In this document: positions 36,169 to 49,465 of the stretch, in pieces
How positions within the stretch are numbered: the stretch's first letter is position 1
Layout of the letters: every line of letters starts with the position of its first letter
DNA from: Botryllus schlosseri
Lineage: Eukaryota
Length of the DNA: 64,000 nucleotides
NCBI GenBank assembly: GCA_051294905.1
Contig: CM119372.1
Coordinates: 22,942,001 to 23,006,000 of the forward strand
Reading direction: 5' to 3'
Program-made: the position numbers and the translations under genes
The notes under the pieces: generated by a model
The model's input: only the letters and a program-made list of their open reading frames with translations
Told to the model about the DNA's origin: nothing
The model's database searches: none

Positions 36169-37847
36169 TAGCGTTGGGACCCCGGGAAATCCCGATCCCG
36201 GGATCCCGGGATTTGAAGCAATCCCGTTCCCGGGATTAAACTTCATGAAATCCCGGGATTTGTAAACAGCATTTACCCAGGCTTACGTAGCGCCATATCT
36301 CATATTTTGGTAATAAAGCAGTGCCAAAACTCGGCTGATTGTCTAAAACTATTCATAATTATGTGATAATAAAATCAACTATGGCATAACAATGAACTAC
36401 ACAATCACTTCCGTCTAGTCCGCGGATAGTAGCCGCAGTGTGACTGAGTATCCATCGTAGCGTTACAAATACGGTGCTGTGGAGGTGAAATACAGGTGGG
36501 GATAATAGCGAAATTCGAAGATTTCAGTGCGAAGAGAAAATCAGATAGGAGGCAAAACTTTTTGTTTTGTAAATCTACAGAAAAGCCAAATGCAACTTGT
36601 GTCAAGACGTTTTGAAAGCTTCAGGGTTTAGCACAAGGGTGGGCAACATCCGGTCGTGACGGGATTTTGAGCGGCCCGCAGAGAGTTTCTACACTGGAAA
36701 TAAAAATTTTATCTGAAAGTATCGACAAATTTTATGCGTCACAGAATGAATCCAAGTTTGCCAACCTGAGAAAGATGGTCATGGAACTACTTGTTTAGTT
36801 CGTACATGTACATTTGCGAGCAAACATTTTCGACCATATGAACAATAATTGAACATTGACAAAACAAGGCTGCGTTCCCAATCTAACTAATGTTCACGTG
36901 CAGTTTTTACTACGGCTTTCTGCATACGACATGCAACTTGAGTTAAAAGAACTTGTTGACAAATTTGACCAACGGCAGATATCTGATGAACAACTATATT
37001 GAAGTGCATCAAGTTAATAAATTAAATACTGTTTTTGGTATCTAATGCTTTAAAGCTAAAGTTTACATTAAATACGATTTATTCCTTGTATCGGTGGTTA
37101 AATACGCGATTAATGTATCGATTCTGTAATCCGGCTGGCCAAGTACTTGCTTTTCCCATATCAGGCCCGCCGACCGAATAAGTTGCCCGCCCCTGGTCTA
37201 GCAAAAAAGGATTGATAACGCATTTAAGGTCCGCACACATATGGTAGTAATATCGTGCATGACTCAACATTAAAGACAGATCCGTCAAAATTAAGGTGAG
37301 AACATTAAAGACAGATCCGCCAAAATTAAGGTGAGTAAGATCGATTCCTTTTATAAATCGCATAATGCCTCGCCTCGATGAAAGTCTTAGCCAGTTAACT
37401 GCTGTGGACGTGCTAACGTTTATCAAATTGCTCAAAGCGAGTGAATTCGTCGGCCTTTCAAGGCTGACGGCTATGACTTGCAAAGATGTCACAAACTGGT
37501 TCGGGGCTTGGTCATCGAACACAGCAAAAAATCCGCAAGTGTGTTGAAGAAGAACTTATTACAATGAAACGGAATAATGGATGTTTTTCGATCACGTTGC
37601 ACGAATCAACTTCTACAGGAACAGGCGGTACATGAATTTAAACGCTCGTTTTCCGGGTGGCGTTAGATCGCTGGGTTTCATTCGTATTCACGGTAGCATG
37701 TTTTGCGTCAATATTACGGTGAATAAATGTTGTTTATGTATCTTGTATGTGTATTTTACTACTTTGATAATCCCGGGATTGAGAAGCGGAAATCCCGGGA
37801 AATCCCGATCCCGGGATTTCAAATTTGATCCCGAAGTCCCAACCCTA
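36169..37847. mobile_element. hAT-type element with atcccgggat repeats
   Basis: TIR tagcgttgggac / gtcccaacccta, perfect TSD cgtgtagc. Confidence 0.88.
36634..37195 (+). mobile_element. Internally deleted Charlie-like hAT element with a transposase C-terminal remnant
   Basis: TIR caagggtgggcaac / gttgcccgcccctg, TSD gtttagca/gtctagca; broken frames FANLRKM..., YICEQTFST, KTRLRS. Confidence 0.82.
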
Positions 37848-38249
37848 CGTGTAGCGACTAGAGAACGACCGCTATTACTTTATGACATCGACCGAATCCA
37901 GTGAAGTCATTTTTGAAAAGTGACTCGAGTCAAATTAAGTGAAGAAGTTGACTTGAATCTGACTCTGATTCCTAGTTCCCACCTTGCCTGTTTTGTAGCA
38001 AAACAGGCCGTGCAGAATGCTGTTATCCAAGAACCAGAATAGTTAGCTACTGATCCTAACTGATACAAAGTTTCATCGCCAAATTATATAAATGTATGTT
38101 CGATATGCGACTTTCTTATTTGAGTAGTAGTAGTTGAGTATATGAACAATCATAACCATAAAAATATGTATTGCGACATCGCTCGACAGAAGTCGTCACC
38201 ACAACTATTTTCAAAACGCAAAATGATATGGCATATGATTAGTGATCAC

Positions 38250-38312
38250 CTCTTTTTGCTGGTGTCAACCGTGCTCCTGTCGATCCCACTCGCCACCATA
38301 CCGGTCCCGATG
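38250..38312 (-). CDS. Candidate VWA gene 1 exon 2 (ASGPVWWRVGSTGARLTPAKR)
   Basis: Strong acceptor tttccttatttcag, weak donor G|gtgatc, phase 1-1 and open. The gene also stays in frame without it. Confidence 0.5.
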
Positions 38313-39357
38313 CTGAAATAAGGAAACGATTTTATCAAGAGGCATCGGGTTTTCTAAATTCCAAGCAAGCTGGTCGCAGTCCAGTCTTAAACCGTATATT
38401 AGGCCCGCGGACCGTGAAATACCCGGGTCTGCCTTTATACTATAAGACCAATTTAGTTCAAATCCCACATTTAAAACCCTAATTATTTCTCACTTGAATG
38501 ACCATCATCGCTGTTTTCACTCAAATGAAATCGACCACCTAAACTTGAATTTATTATTAATTGCTAGTCAAATGAACGTCATTTCATTTTTCCCTCAAAT
38601 AAGTTGTCACTAAGTTTACCGTAGAAGTCACAATGCGTGATGCATTTGTCACGGAGTGGTGAACCTCTTGTCGCTGCATCATTTAAGAATATTTTGGTCT
38701 ACCGCCATGCGGTCATCAACCTGTAACCTCAAATAGCTTTTATCCCGAGACCCTGGTTTCTTCTGAGGGAAATGTCATCCCTATACTCTTTATACATCTG
38801 ATTCGCAAGCACTGGCGCCCTTTTCGTAGTAAACTATAGGTCAGGTATTACTCGAATTACAAGCGAGTTCTAATAGGTAACGGTGAACGCCTGACTTGTA
38901 TGTTTAATGTTGATTTCTGTCGGCTTACTATACTCACTGAAATCATGAGTAAAATAATGATAAGAAATATCAGTGTGCATTTCAACGAAAATATTTTAAG
39001 GTTAATGAATCAATTTCTTCAATAATATTAGTCCTTGCATATCTGACTAGGCCTATACTTTCTTGATCGTTCCGCAGCCCACGTCAACAGATTTTCCGGT
39101 ATAGCTGATGCAGGTTGTGTTAGTTTACGTTATATATATATATGGGTCTTTGATGTGGAAAGTACCACTAACTGATTTTATACATAATAAGAATAATAAC
39201 CTAAGTTTGAGAGCCACCTCGTTATCGGCATCAGCCTGAAAGTCGTCGTGGAAGAATCACTGGTTCATGAACAACAGCGAACATTGAAAAAAAAAACGCG
39301 AATTCCACGAAGCAACCTGGGAGTATTGAAAATACAGCAAACTCAATTCATATTCAC

Positions 39358-39430
39358 CTCTACTGTCTTGAACAATGACCAGTAGCAAAATCCTAATTAC
39401 AGCAAGTACAATAATATTCTTCAGTGCCAT
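39358..39430 (-). CDS. VWA gene 1 first coding exon, signal peptide (MALKNIIVLAVIRILLLVIVQDSR)
   Basis: aaaATGG start context, basic then hydrophobic leader, phase-1 donor G|gtgaat compatible with the downstream phase-1 exons. Confidence 0.72.
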
Positions 39431-39869
39431 TTTCGTTGATTGTCGTAAAAGTTACGAATGCGGAATGATTTTAAAGGGAATCAGCAGCATTTATGAATGG
39501 TACTACACTGACTTCCTGGGCCCTTGGGCCGGATTAGTTTGCTACGCGATTTCACCATTAAAAATTCCCGTTATGGCCGATATAATCGGAATTTATTATT
39601 ATTCTATAAGAGTGGCTCAACCTTTTTAGCCGGCGGACTAATTTTAAATTTCTGAAAGTATATTCCAGGGCTCAAGTAACGGAAATTCCGAATTGGTCGA
39701 TTGATCGATATGTAATTGAGGTATTCGAAGCAACATGGGTTGTGTTGATTGCATGTTGGTTGTAAATGTGATTTAGATCCACGTGGTTAACAGATATCGT
39801 AGGATTTTACGACTATTCTTATAAAAACCACGTTATTGTTGTAGTTCAGGGTTTAAGGTCATCTTACGG

Positions 39870-42576
39870 CAAGGGTCGGCAACCTACGGCCCGCGGGCCG
39901 GATCCGGCCCGCGACGAAATAATTAGTTACCACAAGAATACGGCCCTCCGTTTCGTAATGAGTTCCAATCTGCAGTGCAGCACTGTGGCACTGCTTGGTA
40001 AGAATGCGGCATTGCTACGAAGTAAGTATCCTACGTCGTATTGGTCTATTGTTACGCCATAAAACTGATGCGAAGGCTGTTGATTAATAGCATAGGACAG
40101 GGGTTCTCAACCCGCGGCCCGCGGGCCGCATGCGGCCCGCAGACGCTTTTTCTGTGGCCCGCGAGATCTTTCAATATGACCGCAATTACTACCGGCACAG
40201 TATTGTTGCATACGGTATCAATTTAGCTACTAAAGCTCTCTTATCGCTCCGTCTTTGTTTCGTTTGATTTATTCTCATTCTTCAATGCTTTCTGGTTTCT
40301 TGATATATGGTCGAGTTTAGATTCTTATTGTTCTGAATAGGTCTTCGGACAGTTCCATCTCGAGTTACACATATCACCTGATCTTAGAAAAAAGCGTTGT
40401 TAGCAAAGTCTCAGGCTAAGCAATCCATATTTTGAGGCATTGTTGAGATTGCCGCCGACGTTAAAAACACATGGTTCAAAATTGCTTGGTATATCGCTTA
40501 CCCATGAAATCTGTTAGAAAAGGTGTTTCTCCAACAAAACGTTACTATACTGTGCGAATCTCCGCTGTTTCCGGAATTTAGCAGCAAGGACAACTTCACC
40601 TAACAAATTTCGAAGCTGCAGTTGTCTAATTCAAACGTGACAAGAAGAGTAACAGCAATGTCAGTTAATCTTTTGTCGCATGTTTTGAAACACGTTGCCC
40701 GGTAGACTACTTTAACTTAGCATTGGACAAAATCTACGGACATTGCAACGCTAATTGTATTGCGATATTCCATCAGAGTGGATATATTTGTAGACGTAAT
40801 GTTGGCTGGGTAAACGTGGGGAGAGGGGACTAGCAAACAACATCAACTTAACAAAGCTGACTTCTGTAACTATTGGTGCAGGGCATCAGCCATAGAAGGA
40901 AAGGAGAATGGTTGATTGGTTTGCTCAGAAATTACCCCGGACATGAGACTTCTTCTCCTATCACTGAGAGCCCAAAGTGACAATGGCCTCTGTGAAGAAA
41001 AAGTTACCGTAGTTGTATACTTGCCCGCTCACGCATTGAAACAGAGAGTTCAGTTCTCTGGTGCAAGGGTTTGAAGGTGCACATTTCGACTTGGGAACGA
41101 ATGCAATGCACGCTTCATGAAGAGATTTACTTGTTCCGTCGGAAGATGACACAATCTCACTAGAAACAGCAACTGAAAGCTTACGAACGCTGTCCATTAT
41201 GCTTTAGAATGCATACAAACTATATGTCCATAGACGACTGGTAAATAGGCTATATTAGCCTAAATATAATAGTATAGTCCACAAATATACGGTAATAATG
41301 TTCTGCGGCCCGCAGCGCTTTTTGCTGTTAAAATGCGGCCCGTTACGCAAGGAAAGTTGAGAACCCCTGGCATAGGAGATGGAGAATGTATGTAGAGTAG
41401 ACTAGACCAGTGCTTATAGAGCGTGTGTATCGCGTAACCATAGGTATACCATACTTTTTAAGGGGTTGCCACTCTGATAGGGCGCGGCATTAAAGGTGCG
41501 GTTCCTCTGCTTCAAAAACGCTTGGAACATCTCAGACGCAATGTCAAAATCTCAAACTTTCCGTTTCATTTGAGATAACGAGCCTCCGTAGGTTAGTCAT
41601 CTGCAGTTTAATTCACCAGAAGACATTGTACGCCAAGACAACAAACCTGAATAGTGTTTTGGACACAGTGGGGAAAGCTGATTTTGTCTCACAAACTTGA
41701 TCACCGACAGTTAGCCTACCCCATATATTACTAGAAGCAGAGAATCAATATGGCGATGTCCTGTATATCTGCCATGTTCGCACATTAAGTCGAGCCGCTA
41801 TCCTTGCACGAGTGTATGAACTGAGAAACGAAATAGCAACTTTCCTTGAAAATACAAACATCACCGACTCATAGTCTTGTCATCGAAAATGGGTATCTAG
41901 GAGAGTAAACCACTAGTACCAGCACTATACCTTTGTAACTGTGATACGAAATTTAATTACTTAATTTCCACCTGCTTTTCCGACATTCGTTCTGTACAAA
42001 ATAAATTCTGACTACTCAGTACTCGGTTTAATGTGAGCGCCAATACCGTTGCCTGAAAATTTCAAATGGGCCCTTTTGAAATGCGATGCAGTTGAATTGA
42101 AAGACAAATTTCATACAAAGAGCATATCGCTGCATGACTTTGACAAAGAGTACGTTCTTGAAATGGGTCTTTATCCCAGCTTGACCAACAATGCAAAAGA
42201 AATTGCATCGACTTTTGATAGCACGTACGCATGTGAAAAACAGTTTAAAACAATGGAATTCACGGAAAACAAGCTAAGATCACGTATTCTAATGCCCATT
42301 GAGAATGTGGTTGGATTGTTGCTTCATCTGACTTGTTATTAGAAGTTGAAATTCTTTCACAAAGCATGCTGCGCCAAGTGTCACATTTATGCTGCGTTGT
42401 TGAAGTGTAAATACATGTGTTTTGCCCTTTTTGTGATTTGTATGATTGAGATTGCCGCAATGTAGGGTACTAAACCCACGTGAGCGTTAAATATAGTATC
42501 GAGAAAAATTCCGGCCCGCCAAAAAGTTGTGCACTCGGAATTTGGCCCGCGACTAGCAAAAGGTTGCCGACCCCTG
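39870..42576 (+). mobile_element. Decayed Charlie/hAT transposon with transposase remnants
   Basis: TIR caagggtcggcaacct / aggttgccgacccctg, perfect TSD tcttacgg. YPSLTNNAKEIASTFDSTYACEKQF...KLRSR (ORF 42049-42342) resembles the hAT dimerisation domain. Confidence 0.88.
40098..41369 (+). mobile_element. hAT element nested in 39870-42576
   Basis: TIR caggggttctcaac / gttgagaacccctg, perfect TSD gcatagga; KLQLSNSNVTRR-like transposase remnant. Confidence 0.88.
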
Positions 42577-42752
42577 TCTTACGGCATATTCTACGTTTTT
42601 CAAGTGGGCGCGAGCACAAGACCCAGCTAAATATACTTCAGAGGGCAACAGAATGACTACGATTTGCAACGCATGATAGATTTATTACATTAGACATCGA
42701 TGTATCATCTCTCTATATCAATTTCGTTGATGTGAATACCTGATTGGCTGAA

Positions 42753-42897
42753 TGGCGAGATAGTGTATATAGTGGTATAATCCACAGCTGCAACACCAAT
42801 GGGTTGCGGGTTAGAGTCCCATCGAGGTCGACTCCAATATTCCTACCTTAGTGTTGGAGGTTTATCTAGGCTCTTCCTCGCCATATCATCCGTGTAG
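42753..42897 (+). mobile_element. SINE family 1, 5' half, truncated by a hAT-type end at ~42900
   Basis: Family 1 head and partial body. Confidence 0.75.
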
Positions 42898-43752
42898 GTC
42901 AGGGGTGTCAAACATACAGCCCGCGGGCTGCATCCGGCCCGCCAGCTGATTTCATCCGGCCTGCGAAGCAATTCTGAGTAGATTGAAAAATTCATGTATT
43001 ATCAAGCACATTTCTAACAAATGTTGAGATTTTTAGTAGGAAATACCTACATTGAATAGTCCTTCAAGATAGCACATGTCGAGTATGTTTATAGGCCACA
43101 TTATAACCACCCGACTGCGGTGTTGTGGTTTCAAGTCATCATTAGGAGCAGGTCGCTGACATTGACACCCAATTTCGAGAAGGCAACAATGTGTGAATTC
43201 ATTTTACTGACCAAAAACTAATTATTCACGCCAGCGAAAACGTCAAAAACCCTGATATGCAGGTTACATGGAAAATAAAATAGAGGTCTCCAGCCTCTAG
43301 AGCAGTGTCTCCCAGACTTTTTCGAGCTACCGCCCCCCTGAACAACGAATAAAGTACCACCGGCCCCCCGATACCCCCTTCACCACGCCCAATCATAAAA
43401 CGAAACGTGTTCTGCATTTACTACAGCTTATAATGAGATGGATGAAGCTATAGTGTATCAATATCATCATTCTCGTCATATTGGGTATAAGTTTTGAAAG
43501 TAACAATATCAGTCTGAAATCTTCAGTGTTCACTTCATGTAGGCCTACTGGCAAGTATGTTTCTGCTATGAGTGAGAATGTTCTCATCGCCGTGTATAAC
43601 TTTCTATCAAATATGAGCGGGGAAGGGTAACGACGAAAAAGCCAACCCGACTCCAGTGAGAGTGTTTATTTTTATTCAATTATGTATACCCAGAACGATT
43701 GATTGGAGATGTTGAACTATTGGTTGAACTCAAAATGGTTCTACACTACAAT

Positions 43753-44104
43753 TAGGGGTACCATGTTTTGGGAATCTGAAAAGATGACGCTTTTCAAAAT
43801 TTTCCGACTTACAATGATGGAGTAAAATCCTGGAAAATGGTAAATTTGTCCCGAGTTTGTGGCTACTCGACTAAAATAAGGTCATTTTTCTGGCTCATGT
43901 CCCGAAAACCCCGCCAGATGGATACTCGAGCGCTGATTTCCTATATCTAAGTCCAATTTCCACGTACATTTAATCAACTTTTTTTTAAAAAAAAAGAGGT
44001 CAAATTCTAAAAAAGAGAACGTTTAGGCATCCTCCGAGGACACTTTCATAAAAAAATCAAAAAAGAGGACAAATCCTCTTGAAAGAGGACGTATGGCAAC
44101 CCTG
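43753..44104. mobile_element. MITE family E
   Basis: taggggtaccat ... aaagaggacgtatggcaaccctg. Confidence 0.75.
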
Positions 44105-45362
44105 ACTACGGATGTATGTTAACCCTGACTGCAATGTAATCAGCTGCTCAAAGATTTCATGCCTGAAAACTTCACAGAATGGATTGATTATCTGGTGAAG
44201 CATTTCTAATTGGAACGTATCCTGGAACCAAATCACAATCCTCGTGTAATTTTGCGAGATGATTGATTCATGTTTCTCCATCAAAATCAGGTATTCGAGC
44301 TGGACCGGTAGCTCAAAGCAAGCTTGAGAATTTGACGTGTCGCAAAATTCCGGTGAATTATCACCGACTTGTCAGCGAATACGCACAGTGCCATGTTCAC
44401 GTTTATCAGGTTTCATACGACTGTCAAGTGAGAGTGATGTCATTTCTCGCAACCAGAACGCCGTGTCGAAGGCCGCGGTGACAGCGCTGTGAAAAATCCA
44501 CGATCGTTTGAAACATAATAAAATCACGCAAGGCAAGTTCTCTTAAAAATACATCACATCTTGCAGTGAGCAATAACTGCTCAAATATACTTCGTAGTTC
44601 TCACAGCAGCATAAAATAAACCACGCTTTTCCGGGATGCTGCCGACTGCTAAATTAGTCCATTGATGAGCTGGAATAACATTGTCAAGTAACAATGGACT
44701 TTTCCGGTACAGCTGAATAAATAAACGGACGATCCTAAATAGCCCTGACTGAATCTATTATGCATTTTTAATGCGAATCCAGCCTCTATATTAATCAATC
44801 GCTTCGACACTATACGCAGCAGTTGACTTCTTAACCTACACCGCCCGCATTTGCTCTCAGCGCCCCCCCTACCGCCCAATTTTCCAGCCAGCGTCCCCCA
44901 ATCGCCCATGTCATGGCCAACGCCCCCTTAACGCCCCCACCACTGCTATAGAGAAACCCGAATCGCGATATATTAATAGGTAGCAATTTGCAACGTCAGC
45001 GTTTACTGTTAATTCTTTTGCATTCATCACAACGCATTTGCAGGGTTGATGTCAATATATCACTAAAACGAAGGGAGCGTAGAAGTAGGCCAACTTATAT
45101 CATCGTTAGAGCCGCTGTTTTATCGGCTTATAACTGCATTCAGCCGCCCAATCATCGTATTATTGACAATTCCACTGTTTTCGAATAAAAGGTGCCGCTA
45201 GAATATAACCCCTATAATCCGTAATGTAATGTAATTGTGTATGAACGCAGGTTAATAAAGTATTCAAATGAAAAATAAGAGCATGTATTTTGAAGTATTT
45301 TGGGATTGAGGAATTTTGGTGCAGCCCGCGAGCGATCTGCAGCGTTGAATCCGACCCGCGAC

Positions 45363-45876
45363 TAGGGCTGGGCAAAATCGAGTACCTGAGTGATTCGATT
45401 CTGAATCACGTAATATGCTTCGAGTCGAGTCGAGTAATCGAGTATCACTCATTATGACGTCAAAATAGAATGCGCCATGTCGAAGTTCAAATATGTGCCT
45501 TATATGCCACCACAAAGAACATAATGCCTGTTATCTTACATTAAATATACTTCGATAATTTTTTCGACCATACCGATTTCATTGCACTTCTTGACAATGT
45601 TGTGGGATAACATGACTTCAGAAATGTGCTATTTCCTGTAACGTTCGTAGCTTTGTACTATATCTGGTATGCTGCGACACGGCCAATCGAGGTTATCGGG
45701 CTTATTCAGTGGAAAAATAGTATCAAAACTATAATTCTCGTTAGTAAATTAATTTTCAGTTGCGTGGAGCATATACTTTCAGTACTCGAAAAAATCGTCT
45801 TTTACTACTCGACTCGAATCATTGAAATTAATACTCGATTCAGATTCGAGTACTCGAATCATTGTGCCCAGCCCTA
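45363..45876 (+). mobile_element. MITE family A copy
   Basis: Family A TIRs, perfect TSD cccgcgac. Confidence 0.92.
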
Positions 45877-46400
45877 CCCGCGACGTCAGTTGAGTTTGAC
45901 AATCCTGGTGTGAATAATGGGAACGTACTACAAGTCGGCAACTACAGAATAAAATGAAGAAAATAACTATAGTAGTCGAAAAAATACCATGATTACCACA
46001 ATACACAACAACTGATTGGCTGACTAAGCACAATTCGCTGACTTCCTACATGTAGTGTGTTTCGTTCTAGATATTGTGCGATTGCGGGCAAAGTTCACAG
46101 CATGGAACCATTAAAGATTCACAAACGGAAGACTGAATATTTTCACCAAACTTTCGAACAAACAATTTTTGCAATTGTCTCGTTTAGTACTGAATTTCTT
46201 TTTATGCTGCAAGCGCCATACGGAGAGTGGTCCGAAGTTGAAATGCAAAGAATTTCAACCAAAGACGTTATAATGACGTGAAAAATGTATTACATGAAAA
46301 AGGTTCACAGTGACGATATTTGTCAGCTGATTGCTGAAAAATCTGTGCTTGTAGATTGTAAGCCTGTCGTGCACGTCAAGATCACATGACGTATATCGTA

Positions 46401-46580
46401 CAACACATATGCAAACTAGAAGTAAACGAACTTCACTGAAATGATCGTTAGCCACGAAAGCAGAGGTATGCGCCCGCTGTTCTCATATTACAACACATAT
46501 GCAAACTAGAAGTAAGCGAACTTCGCTGAAATGATCGTTAGCCACGAAAGCAGAGGTATGCGCCCGTTGTTCTCATATTA
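46401..46580. repeat. 90-bp tandem duplication
   Basis: caacacatatgcaaactagaag...ttctcatatta occurs twice with few mismatches. Confidence 0.9.
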
Positions 46581-49465
46581 CTGCATGGCCAAACAAAATG
46601 AACAAAATGAAACCTAACGAGTCGGAAGAATATGACCGTGCAGTACATGTTAATATAAGCGTGTGTGTGTAGGTCCATCTACGTTAATTTGGCTGCATAT
46701 GAACAAATGTGAGTCAGACGAATCACTGATCCAAAGCAGAAAATCAATCAATAGAAAATATGATTTGAATCAGACATTTCGAATTGAATCGTACCTCAGA
46801 TGATTCAAAGAGAGCAAACAGGAATATTCACAATGCGGCGAAGCTCCTAAGCACATACACTGCAATCCATGCTGATCTAATACTAGTGTTTTTAAACCGG
46901 GTAAACCCCAACCCGAAGCCCGGAATCTTTGGCCGTTTTGGTATTCGAGCGTTGCATACTAAACGTACTTTTCGTTGCTGCTGTTCGTCACATAGATTAT
47001 GTACCAGTGGTTCCCAACCTTTTTCGATGTCGGAGCCACATTCAAAATTTAAGAGTACGTATGCTGCCGCACGAAAACACTTGAGTATGCTACTTTTTAA
47101 AGGTAGCTAGCCTACCTCTGGATCTCATCATCCAGCTAATTCAAAAGCATGCACATTGCACATATTCACATGCACAATTGCACATAGACGTCTATAGATT
47201 CTATATCGGTTATTTTAACATTGAAAGACGCAATTTGGCGAGTGCTAAGCACTGAAATAAACTGAAAATGCATATCATTACCACAACATACTATTATGTC
47301 GTTATGTGATTGCTATACATTTCAGCACTTAATGCACAAGGTTGTGGGGGATTATACGCTAAGTAATATAGGACTTATTGCAATTTAATTTGACTATGAG
47401 CTGTTATTTTGATGATAGTAAAATTGTGTCTGAATTTACTCTTTACAGAGACGATATATAAAGGTCTGTGACCAACAGAACTCAAGATATATCCTGTAGT
47501 CGGACGGCTATTCATCCATGCGTTTGACACTAATCTGCAAGAATTCTCTTTCCTGGTTTTCAGAAGCGGGCTTGGACGGCTTTAGACATAACTAATATCC
47601 CTCATTTTAGCATTGTTATACTGAAATTGACTATAACTATTCATAGAAGCAAACAACAACTGTCGTCTATCATATTTTTGTGGCATATTTAAACAGAGGT
47701 CAATCAGAGCAGCAAGAAAGTCTACATTGGAGTCACTGTTATATACTATATTTTGCTAAGCGAAATTCCCGTCCTTGATGATTGCACAGCACAATGCACG
47801 CTGATGAGTTGTTGCTCTGCAAGTGATTTGTGACGCAATAAATTCAGGACACTGTGACAATATATTGCGATCCATTCCTTCTCATCCCATGCATTTTCTA
47901 TCAGTAGTCGATAAATTGCATGTGGTCCTCAGCATTGTCGTTTTGCGTGAGTGATTTAGACACCGCTAGCTTTTTATTTGGTGCATTGACATAAATTAAC
48001 GTGTTTTTGCCAGAATATGCATGGGATACATTTTTGTTGTAGGCCTACATATCACTTGGTATCAGATATTTCGGATATTACTCAAACCTAATAGCATTGT
48101 CATTAAGGCGTTCGTTAACTGAATAAGCAACTTAAGTCCACAAATTTTGAGTAGCGACCTAAGTTTGAGTCGTGCGTAGGCTATACTTCCAGCCTGCGTC
48201 GCGAAATATTTTAACTATACTATAATGATTTGCATCGCATTTTGGCCCTCATAAAACGTGGGCATTCAAATTGGGGAATATCGAAAGTTGTTCCGTTGGT
48301 TAAAGATATCCGTTAAAATACACAGTTTACAATGCAATACAATGAAGATATGGGTAGGTAATGAAATGATTGATATGCCGTGATCTCATGTCATTTGTAT
48401 AATGGACCTGGAAAAAGAAAATACGAGATTCATCATTGCGTTTCGAATCGTATTGGAACATCGTATGTTGAGTTTCGACGCCGTCCATATTGCTGTGCCT
48501 ACCAAGCCTAGCCCTAGAACTTAAAACGTTCTTCAGATACGGATTGTTTTCAGAACGTTGTACTGGTCGTGAGCATCCGGTCGAGTCTCATTGTATAATT
48601 TCGGCTTCGCCTAAGATAGCCTACATTGCCGATCATCGCAGCTATTACAGCAGTGGTTCTGAACATTGAGTTCTCGCGACTACCAGGTGGTGGGAGATGA
48701 GAACCTATTGACTTGATTATCGCGAATTTCCGGCCACACTATCATATCAATATTTATATGGTAACAATTTGCTACTCTGATCGATACTTCCGTATTTTCC
48801 TTTATAGTTTTCATCGAGTTTTTCCGTTCGCGACCCGAAACTTATAGGCGACAGCCTACTAAGCATAGGACGGATCGACAAATTCCGCGATATTGCCAAA
48901 CATGGCCTTTCTTTCGGACAACGTCATCAAGTTAGGATTCTAGCCTAAAAATGAAATAAATCATGCGTGCGCGGAAAACTTTAAATATACAATGCCCCCT
49001 CCAACACCGTAACGTGCTTCACTCGGAGAGGGATCATGCTGAGCTTATATTTCTGCGCAGTGGCAGAGTTTGTAAATCCTCATGAAACCACAAATGGCAT
49101 TTGGGTTCCACAATACCGAACTAGTTATGGACTTGGGACGATTCTTTCATCAACGACAACAATACTGGGTTCGCATTTAGGGGCCCAAAACAAACCATGG
49201 ATCGATTAGAATCTAAACAATGAAGCTGTTATAAGATCATAACCGGACGCTCTCGTAACATTGTCCTGAGTGACATACTAATGACACCAAATCCTCTGTG
49301 ATTAATAGGGCTATTAGGATGTTATACCTTTTTGTCCTTGATGTTATTGCGTCATATACATCGTCTCATGATACATAAATACGATCTGTGCAGTGTGCAT
49401 ATGCTTAGTGAATGACGTGCATATGCCGCCGGACAAGGAAGGTGCAGATATATAACCTTGTAAGG

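Larger units (their letters stand above)
18941..39430 (-). other. VWA gene copy 1 span: signal peptide - TSP1-like - furin sites - Cys-rich VWA (~420 aa, 9-10 coding exons)
   Basis: All junctions are GT-AG with compatible phases and an open frame. Seven exons have clear paralogs in 51895-62159. Confidence 0.85.

Noticed and set aside
37079..37522. 147-aa minus-strand ORF
   Set aside because: It crosses a transposon TIR junction inside a non-autonomous element and has no recognisable domain.
39375..39629. Plus-strand ORF with a signal-peptide-like start (MTSSKILITAS...)
   Set aside because: It is the antisense shadow of the minus-strand signal-peptide exon, and no downstream plus-strand exons were found.
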